Below are positions 20,098 to 27,500 of a DNA stretch of 29,292 bases, piece after piece (positions within the stretch are counted from its first letter, which is position 1; each line of letters begins with the position of its first letter). The position numbers and the translations under genes were made by a program. The notes beneath the pieces were generated by a model that was not told the origin of the DNA, did no database searches, and saw only the letters and a program-made list of their open reading frames with translations. The DNA is from Fonticula alba ATCC 38817. Its lineage: Eukaryota > Protista > Nucleariida. The stretch lies in the NCBI GenBank assembly GCA_000388065.2, contig KB932210.1; one strand, given 5' to 3'.

Positions 20098-21123
20098 TGG
20101 AGGCTGGCCACGCGCGCTGCCATATGACCTCTGTAACCTTCGCCGCCCAAATCCCAGAATTGGTCACGGGTTGTCACGTGACCACATCTGAGAAGTCGGA
20201 TCCCCGGCTCTCCTCTCCTCCTGGGGAGAGCCGCGCCTCCGTGTACAGACCTTCGCCCCGCCCTGCCGCCTCCTCCCTCGGCGCCAGGGAAGAGGGCAAG
20301 GTGCTCCTTCTCCCATGCGCCTAACCCCTATATAAGGGACGGCATCCGCGCCCTCTTTCCCATGTACGACTACCCTAGAAAGGATAGTCATTGCCTCCTT
20401 GGCCTGGCTTTCTCCCCCCCAAGCCAGTAGTCTCTGATGTAAATACCTTTGCTTCCCCCAACAAGACCGCGCGCGCTTTATTGTCATCGCTTGCCTTCTT
20501 GTACCTCTCGAGACGAAATGCTTTCTTCCGAGGCGTGATCTCCATATCGGAGAACAAGTCTCGGTGAATCAGTCCGAGCGTTTCAACCTCAAGTGACTTT
20601 GTGCAGCCATATCGTCACCGCCGGCGCCGCGTCCGAACTTCGCTCCGCTCACCTCCTCCGCGCCTGCCTCACCTCGCCCTGCTGTCGCCTCCCCGCCAAA
20701 TCTGGTCGCGCCCTCTACGTGATCAAATAGCCGGGAGATCCATTTTTTACCTTCCTTTCCCCGTAGGTGGGCGTTGGCGTCGTCCGTCAACCATGCAACC
20801 CATCCCCTCTCTTTCCCATGTATTGCCTCTTTCCTGGGCACCCCTATATAAGGACCCCCCTTTCCCGCCTCCCCTCCAAGGGCTCAGCACCTTGAAGGAT
20901 AGTCATTCTCTTTACGGAGGCCTTGACTTCCCGCTGCCCTGCCTCTGTACGTCGCTCCCCCTGGAGCGGTGTGACCCGGTCCCTGATGTACTCCCCATAA
21001 AGACGCAGATCACCAGCTTTCCTTTCTTTTGTTGTTGTGTCCACGTCCGAGTGGTGACCCTCTCGGGAGGGAAGGCGCTGGGTGGTTCAGCGGGGGCCCT
21101 CATCGGTCCCTCAGAATCACGCA

Positions 21124-21465
21124 TCAGAACCGGAGTGTTTCAGAGTGTCCAGCTCCCGAGTCTTTCGAGGGGGGATTCTCATATCGTCTGCATGGCAGAC
21201 GTTTCCACCCTTGAGGCTTGCCCTCAAGTTCGATGACGTTGTTGGATTTCGGGCATTCCGCTCGGAACATCGTGTGCGCCTTCAAGCCTGGCTGCTTATT
21301 TGGCGTCTTGTCCCGATCAGAGTGGGCAGAGGAACCACCCAGTCTCCTGGGCGGATGTCGTGCCTGCGCGTCTTGGCCGTGCGGGCCCCTCAATGCCTTT
21401 CCCTGCCTCCTTCTCGAGGCGCTTCTTTACTTCTACGAGAGAACCTCCGGGGCGAGCTCTTGGTT
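21124..21465 (-). pseudogene. Frameshifted remnant of the integrase C-terminal (SH3-like/GPY-F) region
   Basis: After the ORF stop, fragments in alternating frames read LVEVKKRLEKEAGK, RTAKTRRHDIRPGDWVV, NNVIELEG and GNVCHADDMRIP. These resemble the order helix, pGDxV, 'n.y.l', 'vH' of Ty3/gypsy integrase tails. Pattern recognition only. Confidence 0.5.
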
Positions 21466-23736
21466 TTAGGGGAGCAGGGACATTGGGGAAGTGGCATCAT
21501 GCTTCCCATGGACCAGGAGGTGAGGGCTGAGCCCCAGCGAGGTCGGGCACGCATTGTGCGCCTGCACTGCTCGAGAGATGGCTTCCTCGATGTCGATGGT
21601 GTCATCCTCTGCCACGATGGTTGCGAGCTTTGCCTCAATAGAGCGGATTCCCCCCTCTGCCGTGCCATTGGATGGCGCCCTACACGCTGCCGAGCGTACA
21701 TGTACGATGTCTTGTCCCATGAGGAATGATATGAACTCTACCGAGGTGAAGAGAGCATCGTTGTCAGAGATGAGGACTCGCGGAGAGAAGGGGGCGATCA
21801 CTTCCTCCAGGAGTCTCTCCTTGACCATCCGAGAGGTGATGCGGCCTTCAAACGGGATAGCCATGACATAGCGAGTCAGGACATCCACGACGATCAGGCA
21901 CTTGAGTTTCTTCCTTGGGTCCTGTTTGATCCGGAACTCGGTAAAGTCGATCGCCACGCATTGCATGGGACCATCCGAGTGGGAGTTGTTCCCAGTGTTA
22001 TCAGCGGACGGCTCGATGGGGGGGAGCTTGCCAGGTGCTCCCGAATCCTCGTCATCCCGGCGGGGGCGCTGGGATGCCTGTGAAGGGGGGTCAGGCGAGC
22101 GAGACCGCCTACGAGAGCGCACGCCCCCCGGCCCGTTCCTCCACCCTTCGGTCCTGGCGCCCGGAGCTCCCTGGCTCCGTGTGGCGACCGATCGGGGACC
22201 CGTGGGCTCCTCAATGTCGAGCCGGACAATGTGTCGGCGCAGCTCGTGGAATCTTCCAGAAACCGATGCCTTCTGGAACATAGCCCGGAGTTCCTTCGCG
22301 CGGTTTGCGTCCGCGCGCTGGCGAATGTCGACCCGATCGAGCCTGGGGTCGATGTCCTTCGGACCCGCCGGGTCTAGAAAGTCGTACCCGGCAAGCATCA
22401 TCGCGAGAGACACCTCCTCCCGGTCAAAGTAGTCATGCAGCTCCTCGACCACTTGCTCCTTAGTGAGGTCCAGTCCGGCCGCGCCGATGCACCACGCAGT
22501 CAGTTCGACTACCAGTGACGGGCTGGCCATCAGGGCGCCCCATCTGCGCAGTGCATAGTTGAGAATCTTCTGGTGGGAGCAGCGGACGATCGAGCCCAGG
22601 TAGGCTTGCATGACGATCGTGGCTTCGGGAACATTCTCAGGAATGTCGTGGTGAGTCAATTCCTCCAGCAGGGAGAACACCTCCTCCGTGGTCCAAGCCT
22701 GCAGGACCCCGTTGAGCAACATGAAGTTGAGCATGAATTGGCGCAGAGCCAGCCGGCCAGGCTCGTGGAGGTCTGAGGGTAGTTTGAGTCCCACGACTCG
22801 GATGGGAGTTTCGCGCTTGGCCTCCTTCGGGGCGGGCGTCAGCGCCTTCAAGAACTTTCCAACGTTCTCGGGAGTGATGTTCAAACGCCTGACCGTCGAA
22901 GGGCCGCCAGGCGGCCGCAGGAGACTGCGAGCCTCCTGCTGGGCAAGATAGAGCGGACTCTTCTCGTCGGGGAGATCCATGGCAGCCCCGGCCATTTCGG
23001 CCGTGCCCATGGTGACCCCGGGGCCGGGCCTCTTGCCGGGGTCCTCCCAGAGCTCGGAGAATGCCGAAACAACCTCGGGATCCTTCAGCAGCAGCTGCGC
23101 GCCCGGAAAGATTGGCTCACCTTTCCGCAAAAGATCCACGACTACGGGGTAGTACTGCTCCCCATAGCGCTCGGCAGCCCGCGTCGCCACTTCGTGGCGC
23201 TTCTGGTTGCTTGGCAAGAACTCCAAGGCCATCTCTCGCATGCCCTCCAGCGCTGAGGGACCAAAGATGGAGTCCTGGAATTGCTGGGAGAGGTCCGGAG
23301 TGATGCAGATCCTGGCAATCTCCGCATCTGAGGCTCGCCGCGAGCCTGGCACCCTGTTCCGAAAAGCTTGAATTAGGGTGCTGGAGGAAAGGAAAAGTGT
23401 GACGTACGCGTCGGCAAATCGATCACTCGTGAACAGACGGTTCGCTTGGTTCATGCTGACCACCAGGGCGAATACCGCATGGACGATCAGCACTCTCGGC
23501 TCTTCCTGGATCCGGGGCCTCCACAGACCCGGCAGGGTCCCAATGTCCTGCGACGGGTCAGCAGCGTACTGTAGGATGATGGAGAGAAGGGCACAGGCAT
23601 CATCCACCTCGGGCATCTCGAAGTGAGCCGCGCTGGCATGGATCTCCACGTCGCCAAAGCGGATGAGGGTGGCCTGCGGTCCCTTCACGGCGGACTCCTC
23701 GGTGTCGCGTCGGAAGGTGAAGTTGGGGAGCGACAT
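21466..23736 (-). CDS. 756-aa ORF: ~570-aa unknown (possibly Gag-like) N-terminus fused to a retroviral-type rve integrase core
   Basis: Likely start MSLPNF at 23736. Basic RSRRRSRSP linker, then GKLPPIEP...PMQCVAIDF (D 21946-21948), LIVVDVLTRYVMAIP, LISDND (D 21763-21765) and SNGTAE (E 21655-21657); exactly 35 residues separate the last D and E. Confidence 0.88.
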   Translation of the reverse strand: MSLPNFTFRRDTEESAVKGPQATLIRFGDVEIHASAAHFEMPEVDDACALLSIILQYAADPSQDIGTLPGLWRPRIQEEPRVLIVHAVFALVVSMNQANRLFTSDRFADAYVTLFLSSSTLIQAFRNRVPGSRRASDAEIARICITPDLSQQFQDSIFGPSALEGMREMALEFLPSNQKRHEVATRAAERYGEQYYPVVVDLLRKGEPIFPGAQLLLKDPEVVSAFSELWEDPGKRPGPGVTMGTAEMAGAAMDLPDEKSPLYLAQQEARSLLRPPGGPSTVRRLNITPENVGKFLKALTPAPKEAKRETPIRVVGLKLPSDLHEPGRLALRQFMLNFMLLNGVLQAWTTEEVFSLLEELTHHDIPENVPEATIVMQAYLGSIVRCSHQKILNYALRRWGALMASPSLVVELTAWCIGAAGLDLTKEQVVEELHDYFDREEVSLAMMLAGYDFLDPAGPKDIDPRLDRVDIRQRADANRAKELRAMFQKASVSGRFHELRRHIVRLDIEEPTGPRSVATRSQGAPGARTEGWRNGPGGVRSRRRSRSPDPPSQASQRPRRDDEDSGAPGKLPPIEPSADNTGNNSHSDGPMQCVAIDFTEFRIKQDPRKKLKCLIVVDVLTRYVMAIPFEGRITSRMVKERLLEEVIAPFSPRVLISDNDALFTSVEFISFLMGQDIVHVRSAACRAPSNGTAEGGIRSIEAKLATIVAEDDTIDIEEAISRAVQAHNACPTSLGLSPHLLVHGKHDATSPMSLLP

Positions 23737-23940
23737 CTCAGCTAGTATCCCGGTCGGCCACAATGTATGTGGCAGAGTACGATCGCTGCCTAAGTGAAGC
23801 GCAGCGGTGTGGTCCCCGGGTAGGGGATCGGGCAACGCGTGGATGAACGGCAACGTGTGTATGTCTCTGGTGGATGCAAGGGAAAATATGCAATCGGCAG
23901 CGATGCAGGCGCATCGGTGGACACAGGGCGAGGGCCGCCG

Positions 23941-23950
23941 CCTTATATAC
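23941..23950 (-). promoter_or_regulatory. TATA-like box GTATATAAGG ~205 nt upstream of the integrase-ORF ATG
   Basis: Rare AT-rich motif in GC-rich DNA, correctly oriented for the minus-strand ORF. Confidence 0.55.
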
Positions 23951-24582
23951 CGAGGCTGTGGCACTCGCACAAGCGTTGGCAGTCGTCAGGATCACGGGCC
24001 GTGTCACGAGCGGGGCATTTCACAGCGAGAACACGGCATGTGATGCCGGCGGTCAGCCCACACACCCGCCCGCCGAGCCACGGGCCCCTGAGGCGCTGCC
24101 AACCTTCTCGGCCATGCCGCCCGGCCCCGCCCCGCCCTCCCACGCCTCGGGGCCCCCAGCCCGGGCGGGCCCCCTGACGCCCAGTGGCGCCCGCTTTTCC
24201 GTATGTTCGTCCCCCGCCTGGAAAGGGCCGCCCGAACTGCCGAAAGCGTGTTGGCTGGACACGCCGACCCCCGGCGGCTGGTCGCCCTCGCTGGGTTTCT
24301 CTTTTTTTTCGTTCGGAGCCCCCCACGCCATCTGAGACCGCACCTTCGGCGGATCTCGACCCCTGGCTCGTCGGCTCCGCTGAGCACACCGTTCCCCTTC
24401 CGGCTGGCGGCGGAAAAATTCAGCAGCCAGCCCCTTGTCGGGGCACGCCGCCGGGTATGGCCCCCCNNNNNNNNNNNNNNNNNNNNNNNNNNNNNNNNNN
24501 NNNNNNNNNNNNNNNNNNNNNNNNNNNNNNNNNNNNNNNNNNNNNNNNCCCCCCCCCCGCCCGCTTTCAGTCCCCTGGCACC

Positions 24583-27500
24583 ATGCATGTCGGGGTGCGC
24601 CGGGCCCCGGTGCCGCCGCCGGGCTTGCTGGTGTGCCTGCTCTTGCTGGTGCTTGGCGCGGCGCACCACGTCGTGCTCGGCACAGGTGCGAGCACGCACC
24701 TCTGCATGTCGCCCTTCTTGCTGTTCAAGGACTGGCGCTTCCATCAGGCCGGCCCGCTCGGGCTGGCCGAGCCGCCGGCCACCCTGCTGGCCCGCTTCCC
24801 CATCTACCCCTCTTCCAAGGTGGACGTCTTCTCCCAGCTGTCCATGGACTTTGACGCGGCGCCGGAATTCCGCCTCGGGCCCTTCTTCAATCCCCTCTAC
24901 CCCCAGTGGAACATGGAACCCTTCAAGTCGCTGGAAAACGTGAACGGCACGCCGATGCTCATCCCGTCGACCACGGCCGGCCGCGACCCGGCGCTTCTGG
25001 TCGTCGGGCAGACCTATGTCGAACTGCTGACCGAGAGCAGGAGCGTGCTCTACTCCTCGCCCCTGCGCTTCCTGGCCGGGCTCGCCATCGGCCCCGATGA
25101 GGTCTTCCTCCTGCTGGCCATCGAGGATGACAGCTTGACCGTGGTGCACCTGGCCGCCGAGCCAGAAGATGTGTCCTTCGAGGAGGTGGACCTGGACGGC
25201 CTGACGGCCAGCCAGGTGGAGGCCGTGCCCGCGGCCGCCACAGGCTCCGGGCTGGGGTTTTACGTCTGGCAGGGCCGGCTCCTGGCACATTTGGAGGTCA
25301 CCGGCGACGAGGTGTCGGTGAAGAGGTACTCGATGGGGCCGGACCAGGCGGGCATCGTGAAGCTCTTCCCCGGGCACCTGTCCAGCAGGGCGCCCGGTGC
25401 CACGGGCGTCGATGACCTGGTGCTCCTGCGCGACGACCGCACCTGGGAGGTGTATGTGGGCGTGGTCGGCAGCATGCTGGGCACGGCTGCCCTGACTCCG
25501 GCCGCCTCCTTCGCCCACCCGGCGGACGCCACGCTCCAGGGGCGGATCCTGGGGGTGTCGTCCACCGAGACCCCGGGCCCGGTGCGGGAGCTCTACTGGC
25601 TGAATGCCGCGGAGCCGGAGCCGGGCCGCCCGCGCCTGTGGCGCCTGGAGCTGACGGCCACCGGCCAGCTGGGCAGCCTGATGCCGGTGCTGCTGCCGAC
25701 CTCGAGCGCGATCCAGGTGGGGCACTTCCAGCCGGCCATGCTTCGCACCGGCCCCAGCACCATGAGCCTGGCCCTGGTGGACAACACCCGGGCCTACTTC
25801 AGCCAGGAGGACTTTCTGTGCCCTGTGGACCGGTCGATTGACTGCTCGCCGAGCTCCGTGCTCGGCTGGCAGTGCGCCCCCGGCCATGTCCTCAGCCCGC
25901 AGGATAGCCACTTGCGCCTGTGTGCTGCCTGTGACCGTGGCTTCTACTTGGACCCCCTCGCCGGGCCGGGCGGTGTGTTTCTCGGGCGCGTGGGGGCCGC
26001 GGCTTTTTCCTCCGCCTCGGGCCATGCCGTGTGCTGACCTTTGTGCTTGTCCCTCTTCGCCGGCTGGGTGTGCCGGCTGGCGGCCGTTCGCCTTGCGGTA
26101 TCCCTTGGTGCCGATTCGTGGATGCCGACTGGTACCGATTGCCACTGGCGCTCATGCGTGTGCGTGTGTGTGTGTATGTTGCTGTGTGTGTATGTTGCTG
26201 TGTGTGTATGCTGCTGTGTGTGTATGCTGCTGTGTGTGTATGTTGCTGTGTGTGTATGCTGCTGTGTGTGTATGCTGCTGTGTGTGTATGCTGCTGTGTG
26301 TGTATGCTGCTGTGTGTGTATGCTGCTGTGTGTGTATGCTGCTGTGTGTGTATGTTGATATGTGCGTGTGTGTTGATATGTGCGTGTGTGTATGCATGTG
26401 CACGCCCCTGTGCCCCTCTACACGCCCCTGCGTGCACGTGCTTGCGTGCGCCCGCGCCTGACATGCGCCCATGCCATCGCGTGCGCATGCATGTGCACGC
26501 GTGTCTGTGAATGCGGCGCGCCCGACCGAAATGTGGCCCCCCGGCCCGGACCCCCACCCGGCACATGTCCCTGGCCCCGCTGGTCGTCTCGCCCGGCCGC
26601 GGGCCGCCGCCAACAGACGTCCTCTGTCAGCCCTGCCCAGGCCACATGTGCAGCGCGTGCGCTGGTGACATGTGCCTGTCGTGCAAGCCGGGACTCCTGC
26701 TGCAGGTTCTCTCCCCCTGGAAGAGCGCCTGCGTGGAGACCTGCCCCCAGGACTGGGTCATCAACGGGGACTTCTGCCTGCCGGAGGAGACCTGGGCCAG
26801 CCCGATCCACCAGTCCACACTCTTCCCCTTCACACTGGGCGATAGCGACCCCACTCAGCCCATGAACATCCTGATGCCGACCACGCTCAGCGCCTCGCTG
26901 GGTGGCCAGCCAATGTTGGACATGACCATCGCCACCGGCACCCCGCACAGTGGCTATCTCAGCTTCTCGCAAGGCAGGACCGATGCCCTGCACCTCGTCC
27001 ATCAAACCAACCAGTTGTCCCCGCTGCGGAGCATCCGCCTGCCCTCCTCGCATCCGGCCGCCGACTTCCAGGTGGATGGGGCCTTGGAGTTTGTGCTGGC
27101 CCCGGCCCAAGGGCTGCCCCTGGTGGGCCAGGCCTTCTGCCATGGGGGTGGTCTGAGCATCGTCTGGGCCACTTGCTCGTCGCCTGCCACCCAGGGCCAG
27201 AGCCGGTGCGACGCGAGCTTCACCAAGCAGGATCTGTCTATCGGCACGTGCACCGGCCTGCACCGGGTGTCCGACAGCGCGTTTGCCGCCTCCCTGAGCT
27301 CCGCAGGCATGGTGCTGGTGGACATGTCGCTGCGCCCGCCGACCGTGCACCACCTTCGCCTGGTCCAGCAGGACACACGCATGGCGGGCTTCGCCTGGCC
27401 CGGCTACCAGGGCCGGCCCCGGGTGGCGGCCCGCATGGCCGACTTCCACGCCGCCGACCAATTCCCCAACCTGGCCGTCCTGGCGGTGGACCTGCTGCAA

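Larger units (their letters stand above)
20132..24064 (-). mobile_element. Integrase-encoding mobile element or composite remnant (LTR-retrotransposon-derived or Ginger/Tdd-like); boundaries approximate
   Basis: By eye, clearly less GC-rich than the flanks. Contains a D,D(35)E integrase ORF, TATA-like motifs, a minus-strand purine tract (21017-21030) and TG..CA-type candidate ends (TGTAAC at 20132; ..CACA at 24064). No matching LTR pair, TIR or TSD found, so the limits are inferred. Confidence 0.7.

Noticed and set aside
20540-20570. LIHRDL kinase-like motif on the minus strand
   Set aside because: No other kinase subdomains nearby; coincidental.
20132-24064. Terminal inverted repeats or paired LTRs and a TSD
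   Set aside because: Visual comparison of both ends found only short shared motifs, so no complete LTR, Ginger or DIRS structure is claimed.
26157-26395. Regular 16-bp repeats as a CRISPR array or a coding Cys-rich repeat
   Set aside because: There are no unique spacers, the context is eukaryotic, and the repeats lie inside a GT-AG intron.
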